Positions 33,226 through 44,483 of a stretch of DNA of 64,000 nucleotides are shown here, in pieces (position 1 is the first letter of the stretch; every line of letters starts with the position of its first letter). The notes beneath the pieces are model-generated. The model was not told where the DNA came from. It saw nothing but the letters and a program-made list of their open reading frames with translations, and made no database searches. Position numbers and translations under genes: made by a program. This DNA comes from Emiliania huxleyi CCMP1516. Lineage: Eukaryota. The stretch covers positions 2,828,670 to 2,892,669 of the forward strand of contig NW_005202428.1 in NCBI RefSeq assembly GCF_000372725.1, in the 5' to 3' direction.

Positions 33226-33495
33226 CGTCACTCGGTTTGCGCGACGCGCTCGTGAGGGATAAAATAAATAAATAGAGCAGTCACCTCCAGTAGAGATGGG
33301 CGACGCACGAACACAGTGCGCACCCCGCCCCGCTCGCAGGGCGTGCATCACACAGGTGGACTGTGTGACTCCTCGCGGGTTTCTGGGGACTCTTGACAGA
33401 GGTGTGCTAGTCGCTATTCTCGAGGACTAGGAAAACGGTTTCTTTTGCTGGTTGCTCGCGCTCGACCGAACCAACCCAGCCGTGTAATTGCCGTG

Positions 33496-35164
33496 ATGGG
33501 CGTCAAGGGCCTCAACACTTGGATCGCGGCCTCCTTTCCCGGCGTGATGCAGCCGGCGGCACAGGGCGGCAAGGGAAAATTCAGCCGGCCAGCGCCGCCG
33601 CCCTGCCCATACGACCACGTGATGCTCGACGCCAACGGCATCGTACACCGGGCGTGCAGGAGCCGCAGCAGCGAGAGGGAGGTGATCCGCGCCATCGTGT
33701 GCGAAATCGACGCCGTGCTGCGTGCCTACCCGGCTCGCGAGTCGGTGCTCATCGCGCTCGACGGCCCGGGGCCGCTCGCCAAGCTCCTCGAGCAGCGGAA
33801 GCGGCGGATTGAGAGGGTGCTCAAGGCTGGGCGCGACGCCGAAGCTGCCGTCGTCGGCTCCAAGGAGTACCTTCGCCGCGCCGAGATTGCGGAGCGCGAG
33901 GGCCGCCCGTTCCCGCCGTCGGTGAAGAAGAAGCGGCGCCGCGGGACGGACTCGCTGCAGGTGACTCCCGGCACCGGCTTCATGCTGCGGCTGCGGCGGG
34001 CTCTGGACTGGTACGCCGCCTCGCGGCTCGCGGGGGAGGGCGGCCTCTTTCGGGGCGCCAAGCCGCCTCTCTTCTACCTGTCTGCTGCGGACGTGGCCGG
34101 GGAGGGCGAGATCAAGCTGCTGCAGCACCTCCACTGCCAGCTGCGGCTGGTCGGTGGGGCTCGGCCCACCTTCCTGCTGGTCGGGCCGGACGCGGACTTG
34201 CTGCTGCTCGGTCTGGCGGCGGGGAGCCGCTGCGACGTCCTCACCACGGACGCCGACGGCTCGCGCCGCCTCTTCTCGGTCGAGGAGCTGTGCAGCTGCC
34301 TCGAGCGGCAGGTCCTCGAGCGGCGGGTCGGTGAGTCGACACTGGCAGCCGAGCGAGAGGGGAGAGAAGTGACAGCGGCGAAGCGTCGGTAGTCGGGCGC
34401 GCCCTCGGCGCTCGCGCTCCTCCTTCACGCTACACCCCACCCCCCAGGCCGCTACACCCCACCCCCCAGGCCGCTACACCCCACCCCCCAGGCCGCTACG
34501 CCCCACCCCCCAGGCCGCTACGCCCCACCCCCCAGGCCGCTATACCCCACCCCCCAGGCCGCTATACCCCACCCCCCAGGCCGCTACGCCCCACCCCCCC
34601 AGGCGGGCCGAACGGGCAGCCGCAAGGCGGCAGGAGCGGGCGGCGAGGGGCGCGGGGCGGCGGCGGACGTGGCGGCGGCGGCGGTGGCGGCGAGACGGCT
34701 TCGGGGGAGGTGCGCACGGCTTGTCCGGGAGGCTGCTTGGCGGGGTCGCCTGCGGGCGTGTGGCTCGGGAGCGGGCTGCAGCTCGACTTCCTCGTCATCG
34801 CCTTCCTCCAGGGCAACGACTACCTGCCAAAGCTGCGAGGCGCCGCCTCCCCCGCCTGCCCCGCCTCCCCGTCCGCCGGGCCCGGTGCCCTCGCCTAGCG
34901 AGCCGCCCCTGCGCCTGTCGACGACAGGCGCGCAGCTGCCGCGCATGTGGAGCCGACTCGTGTCGCTCCTCCGGTCCGCGCAGTGGAGGGGGACGCACTC
35001 GCTCTCGCCCGGGCAGGACATGGCCGAGACACGTCCATGACGTGTCCGCGACATGTCCCGCAGGCAGCACCTCCTCTCGCCCGGGCCGCGGAGAGTCTCC
35101 ATCAACCTTCGCCTCCTCGTCGCCCTGGTCGCCGGCACTGCGGCCGAGGCGCGCGGTGGGGGCT

Positions 35165-35211
<47 letters not shown>

Positions 35212-36523
35212 GAGGAGGAGGTTTGCGGTCATGGCGTCGACGGGGAGGAGGCGGAGGAGGCGGAGGAGGCGGAGGAGGCGGAGGAGGCGGAGGAGGGGGC
35301 GCGGGAGGAGGCGGGGTGCGACACGCCGGCCGCCCCGAATGGCGGCGCCATCGCCAGAGTGTGCAGTGGCTGCAATCGCAAGGGCGGCGGCGGGGTGAGG
35401 GCGCCGCGCGCGTCGAGCGACGCGGCGGGCTACCTGCACTGCCTCGCCTGGTGCGCCGCCATGTACCTGGGCGGCTCGTGCCCGGACTTCGGCGTCTCGT
35501 ACTCGGCGCACCGAGCGCCGACCGCGCGCCAGCTCGCCAGCCACCTGCAGGAGAGGGAGGCTGCGCTCGGCGCTCCTTACAAGTGCCGCCCTTCCCCGCA
35601 CCCGCCCTGGCCTTGACCGCCCCCTGACTCGGCAGTGACTCGGCAGCGACTCGGCGATGCGTGCCGCCCCAGGCCAAGCGCAATCTCCCCATACTCCCCA
35701 TGTCTCCCCACATCTCCCCAGGCCAGAGTACGAGCTGCCCAGCGTCGCCACCGCGCCGCTCTCCCCCGACGTGTTTGCGCTCTGCCTGCTGCCCGCCGCA
35801 GCCGTCGAGTACTTGCCGCGGCCGCTGCAGCCGCTGATGGACGCGCGCGGGCCGCTGGCGGACATCTTCCACGCCTCGGACGCGGCGCCGGACGGGCTGG
35901 TCGAGCGGGTGGCAAGAGCCGTCGCCGCCGTGCCTCGCTTCGCCGGCTGGCTGGCCGACGAGGCTGCCGCGGTGGAGCCGGGGCTCGTGTCTGTGTACGC
36001 GGCTCGAGCTTGCCTCCCGGCGCTTGGCGGAAGCCGCCTGACGCCGCTGCGAGCCATGCCTCCCGCGCCGTTTGGCGGCGGCGGCGGCAAGGGCGGCGGC
36101 AAGGGCGGCGGCAAGGGCGGTGGCAAGGGCGGCGTCGGTGTCTGCGTCGCACGGCAGGAGCCAGACACGGGCGGCGCGGCGCTCGAGCGGTGGGCGTGGG
36201 AGGGGACAGGCGAGGGGCCGGCCTCGGGACGCGCGGCGGCCGCTCCGGTCACGGCGCGGCGCGGCAGCGAGCTCCTCCGGGTGCTCCTCCCCGACCTCGA
36301 GGAGGGCGAGGAGGTGGCGGCCACGGCGGCGGCCTCCGTGGCTGCCACGGTGGCGCCTCCGGTCCCGTGCGACGCCACGCCGCCGGTGTCGGTTCTCGCC
36401 GGTCGGCTGGCTGCGCTGCACAGCCAGGCGCAGGCGACCGCGCCGCCCTCGCCCGGCCAACTCCCTCTCCCACCGCCCAGCTTCCAAGTGCCGGCGCGCG
36501 CCGCCGCCCGGAGCCCGAGGTAA
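33496..36523 (+). CDS. XRN-family 5'-3' exoribonuclease (multi-exon, divergent)
   Basis: MGVKGL..WI, DHVMLDANGIVH, IALDGPGPLAKLLEQRKRR, VTPGTGFM, GEGEIKLL, GPDADLLLLGL, FLQGNDYLPKL, YL..L.W...MY...CPD...Y..H.AP, PLSP...LCLLP. The 3' end is uncertain. Confidence 0.85.
34428..34603. repeat. 22-bp minisatellite, 8 copies, in an XRN intron
   Basis: Unit CGCTA(C/T)(A/G)CCCCACCCCCCAGGC with 22-nt spacing. Confidence 0.95.
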
Positions 36524-36587
36524 AACTCGCGATGTGTGCAAGTTTACTTTCCACAACACAGCACACATGCTGAGGTGACGCAGTCTC

Positions 36588-37790
36588 GTGAACCGTGCGC
36601 ATGACTTACGAAACACGGCGAAACGGGGCCATGGCCGACGCTCGCGATGGCCCGTCCGTTGCGGCCAGGCTCAAAACCTGCTGTGCGCGCAAGCCACAGG
36701 AGAGGCGGTGGCGCCGCAAGACGAGGCGATGATTCGCATCCTCTCGCAGCTCGCCGTGGAGCGCAACTGGTGGAGCTTCAGCGTCAACCCGACGCCCATG
36801 GGCAAGCAGTTCATTGTCCAGCCCCAGTCCCAGTGGGAGAGGGACAGGGAGCGGCAGCAGGCCAAGGAGGGCAGTGCCCCACCGCAGCCTGTGCCTGCTG
36901 CCACCTCCGCCGCGGCACCGCCCACAGCACCACCTGCCGCCGCTGCAGCTCCGGCAGCAGCACCGCAGGCACACCCGCAGCACCAACAGGTGCAGCAACC
37001 CCAGCCCAACGAGTCGCCCGAGGAGTGGACCAGGGTTGGGAAGGGCGGCATGCCGGACAGGTTCACCATGAGGAACCCTGGCCGCAAGCCGCCGGGCAAG
37101 GCGGTCAAGCGCAAGCCTGACCGCCAGCCCGCACCCAAGGGAGGTGGACCCCCACCCCCCTCTCCCAAGGTGAACAAGAACAGACTGAGCGCGCTGGGCA
37201 CTGGCCCTTCTGGCACCAACGGGAGCCACGAGCGCGCACCGCCGCGCTCCCCCTCCCCCTCCTCGCCGCCTGCCAAATCACCGCGGCCGTCTGTGCCTGC
37301 TTCCGAGTATGACTCCGAGTTCGACTTTTCCGACGCTGAGGCGCAGGATAGGACGGCAGGGGTCGTACACGACGAGGCGCAGGATAGGACGGCAGGGGTC
37401 GTACACGACGCAGTTCAGCACAGGCTGTGATGCAATACGGCTATGACGACGAGCTCTTCCAGGCGTGGAGGGACGGCGAGATACGGCGAAAGGACTTGCC
37501 GGAGGAGGTGGTGGCTATGGCTTTGGACCTTTGCGAGAGGTGGCGAGCGGAGCAAGAGCGGTGTAGGCGCGTCCACGCGGCGCAGCCGCTCTCCCGCGAC
37601 CCCGGCCCCTCTCGTAGCCGCAGCCGTAGCCGCAGCCCCAACTCTTGCCGCTCTTCCGTGTCGGGTTGTGACGAGGGGTGAGGGGACACGGATTGAAGAT
37701 CCCTCACACCAAGATCGTGCAGGGCGGGGACACACGTCCCTAAATCCCATCTCGTCTCAGAGTTTGACCGTTTTATTTATTTTTTATTTA
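36588..37790 (+). mobile_element. Putative non-autonomous retroelement: two overlapping ORFs followed by a (TATT)n tail
   Basis: ORF 36588..37430 (Pro/Gln/Lys-rich) overlaps ORF 37427..37681 at TGATG. A 36-bp tandem duplication lies at about 37338-37409. It ends in CCGTTTTATTTATTT, the tail also seen at 39132 and (inverted) 60015. Confidence 0.4.
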
Positions 37791-38564
37791 CACCGTGCGC
37801 CGTGCGGACGGTGTGTGAAGGGTCGTGAGACTGATGATGCTCCTTCTCGACTTACTCTAGGGAGCGGTCACTCGCTTGCTTTTTTAACGATGCCATCGGC
37901 AAAGAGGACGCGCGCGTGAGGCAATGGAGCGCGGCGAACGCCAGCATCGAGGGGAACGAGAGCGTGATGGAGCGAAACGACATAAAATCGAGCAGAAACA
38001 CAAGACTGTCCAGACAGGACTAGGACCAACAAGACATGTCTTGTGACGACGGGCACTGTGGGTGTGGAAGTGTGAACGTCTGCGCTGTGGGGGAATTATG
38101 CCCTCGGGACCACTTTTTTTCGCTCCAGCCCTGTGCGCTGCGGGTCTTCACAGTAGACCGCAGGGCTACGAAGCCTTCATTCACACTCCAAGGGGCCCTG
38201 GGGAGCGGTTTAGCTGCTGGGCGGACTTCAGGGTGGTGCTCACACGACCAAAAGGATTCGACGCGATGTACAAAGCATACAAGAAGAGGAGAAAGAAGAG
38301 GACGGACACCGGTGATGACGAAACAGAAACTAGCGCAGACGAGAGCAGGGCAGACCCGGGGACGGCGGAGTCGGAGTGGACCGGCATCGGCCGCCGAGGG
38401 AACGTTGGGAAGAGGCACGAGGAGGGCGGCGACCTCAACCGACTATGGAGGACCCGCCACCAGACGACGCAGGGTAGACGACGGGGAGGTGGAGCAGACG
38501 CGCAGGGGGTGACGAGGGAGGGAGCAGGACTTTGCGGAGATCAGCAAAAGAGGATGTACTGTGC

Positions 38565-39152
38565 TGCACGAATGGTTGCACAGGTGTGACCACGGCGCCG
38601 CAGGCGCCTGTTGATGGGTCCAGGTGATAGCCCTGGATGGGCAATGCATACGCCTAGTTGGACCTCGAGTTGGACCTCAGATCGCCTGACCGCGTCCCGG
38701 TGCTCTGTGGTCGGATTTGTGACGCCGCCGCACCGCGCCGCGGCCGGGGGCACTCCGGAGGCCAAGGATGGCCGTGGCGGACCCGGACGAGCTCTGGGAG
38801 AGGTGGAGTGTCATTGAGTAGATTGTAGAGACAGATCGTGTGCACAATATCTCTCACTCTAGCTAAGCCAGGGGAGGCGATGCCGGGGCCGTACAGCAGC
38901 TTCGAGCTTGATGGTGCTTCGCCGAAGACGGCTAGTGCTAGTCCCCCATCGGGAGGACGACCCCGGCTCTACTCGCCGACCACACCCACGGGGACTCGGA
39001 CGCGATGGATAAAAAAGACGGAACCCCCTCTGCGCGGCACACAAAGTCAAAAACGAGATCGCGGCATCGCGCGCACGGCGGCGCCACAACGGGGCACGGC
39101 GGCGGGCGGGGCCCCATCTCACAGTAGGTGTCCGTTTTATTTATTTATTTAG
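38565..39152 (+). repeat. Dispersed SINE-like composite repeat ending in (TATT)n
   Basis: 38565-38880 matches the reverse complement of 40474-40790. 38925-38970 matches the reverse complements of about 28710-28750 and 60120-60165. Tail ggtgtccgttttatttatttattta. Confidence 0.65.
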
Positions 39153-39189
39153 TTCATGGGCGTCTCAAAACTCGTCGATCACCACTTAA

Positions 39190-41356
39190 CCCCTAAACGG
39201 CGTTCCTTAAAAAGAAAGAAAGAAAACAGACAACCCAAGGGAGGGATGGGAGGACGGCACGCCGCCACCACACAGGGATTTTAAGGAGAGGAGTGTGATG
39301 CGCTAGCCGTCGCCCACCCTAGGGAGTCTGCCTCTTCCTATCTCTTTTCGCAGTCTCTCGCCGATTCTCGCTGCAACCTTCATGCCACCTCGCGGCCGTC
39401 CCACTCTCGTCGTTCTCTCCCTTGTCACTTCCTCCTCTGTCGCGTCATTCTCTTCTGCCTCGTCCTGCGCCGCCGCCGCCTGCCGTTCCCTTGTTCTCTC
39501 GGCTTCTTTCGCCTTTCGGCGCAGCTCCGCCCTCCTTGCTGCATATCCTGGCCCCTCGAGTCTATCGAGCTCCCCTCGCGCAAGGACCACATTTCTGACT
39601 CCCACTCCGATCATTTGCCTGCAGGTCATGTTGTTGCTCAGGTCCACTCTCTCTTCGAACACTCGTGCCTCTACGGATGATGCCGGCGCTGGGGTCCCCT
39701 TCGGATGCATCGTGACATCTGACAACTGAATTTCCACTGGTTCGTCCTCCTCGGAGTCATCTTCCCCGTCCTCCTTCCGTTCGGCTCTTCGCTCGGTACG
39801 TTCGGTGTGGCTCACCCTCCATGCCGTGAACAGGCGCTTTATCCACCCTATATTCTTCTCTCGTTCCTCTGCCCGTGCCTTGGTCTTGTCGTTGTTTCGC
39901 ACCCATGTCTGTATGGCAATCGAGGCTGCCTTCCCCACTACCTGTAGTTCACTCGTCACCTCTCCCGCGAGCTCCCTTCTCTTTCTTTCGGGTATGGAGT
40001 CCGTGAGTGCGGCGTTCCTTTACATATGTAAAGGAACTCATTGTTATTTTATTCCTTTGTAAAATCCTTTGCAGGACGGCTGGTCGGAGCGACGGCCGAT
40101 CCAGCAGTCGTCTGCGACATGGTAGTGGCCCCGGGTCATGTGCAGCTGGTCCCGAGCGGCTCAGGTCCCAGATCGAATCTCGGACCCACAGATTCTAGAT
40201 TCCTTTAGATTCCCTGGATTCCCGCAACAACGATCTCTTAGCGGCGGCAAACAGAGGCGCAACTCTGCCAGCAGCGAGGAGGCTCCTGCTGCTCAGCTAC
40301 CGAGGCCTGGTGGCGTCGGCTGCTGCGTGGAGAAGACAGCAGCACTGTCCGACCTCAAAACATGCACAACAAGCGGGATTTGTGACTCTGTCTTCGATTC
40401 TTCAGTCGCTCTGCCGGACGCGCTCGCTTTGTCGCGAGGGTCACCTGTGCAAGCCGTGTGGACGCCCAGAATAGCCTCCCCTGGCTTAGCTAGACTGAGA
40501 GATATTGTGCACATGGTCAGCCTCTACAATATATACGCTGACACTTTACCTCCCAGAGCTCGTCCCGGTCCGTCACGGCCATCCTCGGCCTCCGGAGGGC
40601 CCCTGGCCGCGGCGCGGTGCGGCGGCGTCACAAATCCGACGTCAGTTCACCGGGACGCGATCGGGCGATCTGAAGTCCAACTAGGCGTATGGATTGCCCG
40701 CCCAGGGCTATCACCTGGACCCCTCAATGGACGCCTGCGGTGCCGCCCCCACGAGGTGTTGTTCACACCTGTCCAACCATTCGTGCAGCAGGGACGCGCT
40801 GTGTGTGGCTGGCAGCAAACTCAAATGACGACGGGTTGCAGCCTCGTAGCTCAACGGCAACATTGTGCATGAGGAAGGCTGATAGAAGTAGCACCAGCCA
40901 CACAACCAACAGCTTCTGGAGAGTATGCGGAGCGCAAGCAGCCGGTGATCAAAGGCGTGTGTTGCTGTCGGTGGCAGATTGCCACAGGGACGCCGGCGCT
41001 TCGGTGCGTGGCTTCGTCACAATTTTCCACCGCTCAACTTGGAGGCAGTGTGTCTAGTAGCGTGCTACACCTATGACGGCGGACCTCACTGGGGCGCCGA
41101 CGTGCGACGACCGTCTGGGATCGAAAGACGAAACCGCGTCCTCCAGGAGCTCGTGCAGTCTGCAGAGCGCGCTCCGGAGCTCTGTGGCGGAAAATTTAAA
41201 GGGAACGTGGTGGCTTCCCACCGCCTCTGTATGTGCCCAATAAAGTGCTAACACGACCCTCGGGCAGCAGGGGGTATGTGGCGAGCGCACGGAGGCACAG
41301 TTAGGCCGCCGTGATATCGCCCTTCCGGGCACCCCGTTTCGGTAGCCGTTTAGGGG
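39190..41356. mobile_element. piggyBac-like non-autonomous element with nested insertions
   Basis: TTAA (39186-39189) + CCCCTAAACGGC ... GCCGTTTAGGGG + TTAA (41357-41360): a perfect 12-bp TIR with CCC/GGG termini and TTAA TSD. Subterminal palindrome TTCCTTTACATATGTAAAGGAA at 40015-40036. Confidence 0.75.
39209..40009 (-). mobile_element. 5'-truncated non-LTR retrotransposon (module C family) with 11-bp TSD
   Basis: TSD CGGCGTTCCTT at 39198-39208 and 40010-40020. An open charged C-terminal ORF (39303..39959) ends at …RLPRVGDG*, followed by a 3' UTR and (CTTT)n tail. No RT domain in this fragment. Confidence 0.75.
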
Positions 41357-41373
41357 TTAAGACTTGCATTTAC

Positions 41374-42204
41374 TCACCTGTCCAACATATCGCCCTCCGC
41401 GGCCGCCGCCGGACCTAATGATCGCTCGTCTGCAGCAAAAGCAGCGAAGCAGCGGCCGAGCGCGATGGAGTCGAGCGTGACTGCGCAATAGCACGGCCCG
41501 GTGATGGACGAGAGCGCGGCCCACGAGGGGTCGAGACCGAGCGGGACGTAGTCTGCCGCCTCGGGAAGGTAGTGCCACGCCCCCGCAAAGATGAACGGCA
41601 GCTCGGCGAGAGGGCCGACAAGGCCGACAAGCAGCGCCTGGGTGCCGGGAGCAGGTCACGCAGGCCGGGGGGGGGGGGGGGGAATAGAGAGCTGCTGCGT
41701 GGGCTAGCGCACCAGCACTGCAGAGGCGAGTGTGCCATCGAGCGCTGCCCACTGGATCGTGCAGGCGATGGCCAGCAGCGCAAGAGAGGAGCTGGGAGCG
41801 AGCGCCGAGAGCTGCAGTATTTCTGATAGCTTGATGATGGCCACAGTCGACGCGACAGCGGCGGCGGCTCGTGCTGGCGGCGCGTACTCTGCCATCGTGC
41901 TGAGCCGGCGTGTCCCAACTACACGCTCAGCAGCGGCGGGAAGCGCGCCACCGAGGACCGCGTAGGTGAGAGCCAGGAGCGGCGGGATGAGCAGGCTCGT
42001 CCGCGCCTCGCCCAGCGGCAGCGGCAGCGACACGGGTAGCACATCATACCGCAGTAGCGCCTGGTTGTGGACGGCGTCAACCAGCGGCCCCGCGGTCGCG
42101 CCAAACCCGCCGAGCCGCAGCAGCACGCCAGGGCGGAGCGTGTCGGTGCGTAGTGGCGGGGGAGTGAGGGCCAGCAGCTGCACCGAGAGCGAGTGGATCG
42201 CCAT
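41374..42204 (-). CDS. INSIG-like (plant/algal insulin-induced-protein-like) membrane protein, 2 exons
   Basis: GPLVDAVHNQALLRY, TSLLIPPLL..Y, WAALDGT, LVGLVGPLAELPFI..GAWHY, TGPCY..VT...IALGR. Intron about 41640-41712; stop at 41374. Confidence 0.6.
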
Positions 42205-42957
42205 TCTTCGCGGCACTCCTGTTCACGCGCGACTTCGGGCACTGTTGGAATCCGGATTTCCGTCTGTGGAGTGTGCTCGGTGATCCGAAGGTCGCCCGCA
42301 GGCGCATTTTGTATACCGAGGCGGTGCCCGGTGCCGAACCTGTCGGACATTGAGACAGCATGTAGATCCCTGGGCGAGGGTGATGGCGTCCCCGTCGGGT
42401 CAGGGAGGCTGAAGGCGGACGCCAGCAGCCCCGTGGAGGTAGACCGCTCGTCTAGCCAATCAGCCTTAAGCGAGCGGTCTGGCCGTTGGAATGGCCGAGG
42501 TTGGTGGACTTGCGTCCCCGCACGCCTCACGCGGCCTCTGGCTGGAGCGGGATCGCAAGCGAGTCCCCCAGGCCGGCGCGCGTCTTCCGAGAGAGGAGCG
42601 GGAGCGAGGGACCTCCTTAGAGCTTAGTAAGCCGGCATGCAGGCGCATGCACGGCCGTTCAAGAAACTTTCCCAGCCATTGGAATGGCTGCGCTCCCGCC
42701 CCTCACCGGGCCGAACGGGTAGTAGGCGTTGGCGCCGAAGAGGGAGGAGTCGCCGAAGGACGGGTAGTCGTCGGTCATGCGGGGGCTTGCGGGGGGAGGA
42801 GGAGTCGGCGAGCAGCAGGGAGGAGAAATGCCTGAGAGGGTGGGGAGGGAGGCGTGAGGCGCGAGGTGAGGGGCGTGGGGGCGCGGGGCGCGGGGCGTGC
42901 GTGGGACGCGCGGCGTGAGGCGCAGGGCGTGAGGCGGGAGGGCGCGGGGGCAAGGAG

Positions 42958-42958
<1 letters not shown>

Positions 42959-43037
<79 letters not shown>
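42959..43037. repeat. (TG)n microsatellite
   Basis: Directly visible. Confidence 0.98.
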
Positions 43038-43038
<1 letters not shown>

Positions 43039-44483
43039 GGTTTGTTTGTGCGAGGGCTGGGCGGGGCAGGGCAGGGCGGCGGCGAGCGGCGAGCGGCGTC
43101 GGCGAGATCGGCGACGAAGAGAGGCGATGGTGACGTACACGGCGGCAGTGTTCACGGCGCTGGTGGCGGCCCCGCGCAGCGGCGGCGGCGCCCTGAGTGA
43201 GGCAGACTGCCCTGCACAGCCTGCTGGGCACGCTCCCGGCGAGCGGCGCGCCATGCGGGCCCGCCGCGGGCGACGCGGGCGGCGAGCCGACACGCGTGTC
43301 GCAGGCGTAGACAGCACTGGCGAAGCGAGGCGGCCGGCGCCGGCCCCGGAGGCGGCTGCAGTAAGAGCAGGAGGCAGAAGTCACTGTCCAAGGCGTACTG
43401 AGCAGGCTGCCATCGAGCAGCGCGCCATGCGGGCCTGCCGCCGGCGACGAGATTGGAGAGCCGACAGGCATCGAAGAGGTAGCCGCAGGTAGGTACTGAG
43501 GAGGGCCATCGCGCCCGAGGCGGTCCGCGCCGGCCCTGCAGGCCGTCTCAGAGAGCCTGGCGAGGCTGTACAGAATGCCGAGAGCATACTGAGCAGGCTG
43601 CCGTCGAGCGACGAGCCATGCTGGCTCGTCGCAGGCGATGAGGTCGAGGAGCCGATCGGAGCGTCGCAGAGGCTGCAGCCGACCAGCGACCACTGCCGTT
43701 CGCCCTCGGGCCCAGGGGTGGAAGGCAAGCTTCCTGGCGTTTCTGGCGAGCGTCCAGACGTCGCAGAGCACCCGGCAGGCGCGCAGCGATCCAAATTTTT
43801 GCTCACCGCACGGCCGTGCAAGCCGTCGGTCGGTGGTGATGGTCGGCGTCGGCGCGCGCGCCGACCAACGCGGCGGCGGTGGGCGTCATGACTCATGTGG
43901 CGGGCGTGGGACCACATTGTGCGAATTTCGGCGGTTCGTAATCCACGTAGACATCAAGAGTCTGGAGTGTGGAGACAGCCAAGTGACAGGAACGTGGCAA
44001 ACGGGGGCGACGGGACGCGGTCGATGGCCTCGCCCGCGCGCCTTTCCTTTACGCGATGCCGATGGCTGCCATCCTTTTAGGGCAGCCTCCCCGCCCGCTA
44101 TGTGTGGGCACCCTATAGCCACGTCGAGCCGGAGCGTGGTGCGTGGACCGGTGGAGGGTGGATGGAGCGTCGCGAGAGCGTGGCCTCTAGAGGCCCCCCG
44201 CTGCGGCGGCGCGCCTGCATGAACTGCATGCTGCAAAGACCAAAAAGTGCAAACCAGCCTGGGCATGTGCTGCATACCGCGCACAGCACACCGCACATGG
44301 TGCGCGAGATAACTCATCTGAAAGGATGATAAAAGCAAGAGAGGAACAAGCAAAGTGCTCCAAGCGCTCCAAAAACAAAACACCCCGACGGCGCATACGC
44401 TCTCTGAGCTGCCGTCTGACGCACAGCGGCGGCGGCGGGTGGGGTGTGACGAGCTAGGCGGGGTGCAGCGTTTCGAGGGCTGC

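Noticed and set aside
34428..34603. Possible CRISPR-like array (also 27467-27620 and 47377-47460)
   Set aside because: No unique spacers, no cas genes, eukaryotic context; these are plain tandem repeats.
37825..37850. CTGATGA as a hammerhead ribozyme core (also near 1629)
   Set aside because: No matching GAAA core or supporting stems were found by eye.
40790..41251. Cys-containing peptides as a piggyBac transposase C-terminal domain
   Set aside because: Cys spacing does not fit convincingly and no DDD core is visible.
42659..43900. Coding-like patches around the (TG)n tract (e.g. MTDDYPSFGDSSLFGANAYYPF)
   Set aside because: No coherent gene model or family motif could be assembled.
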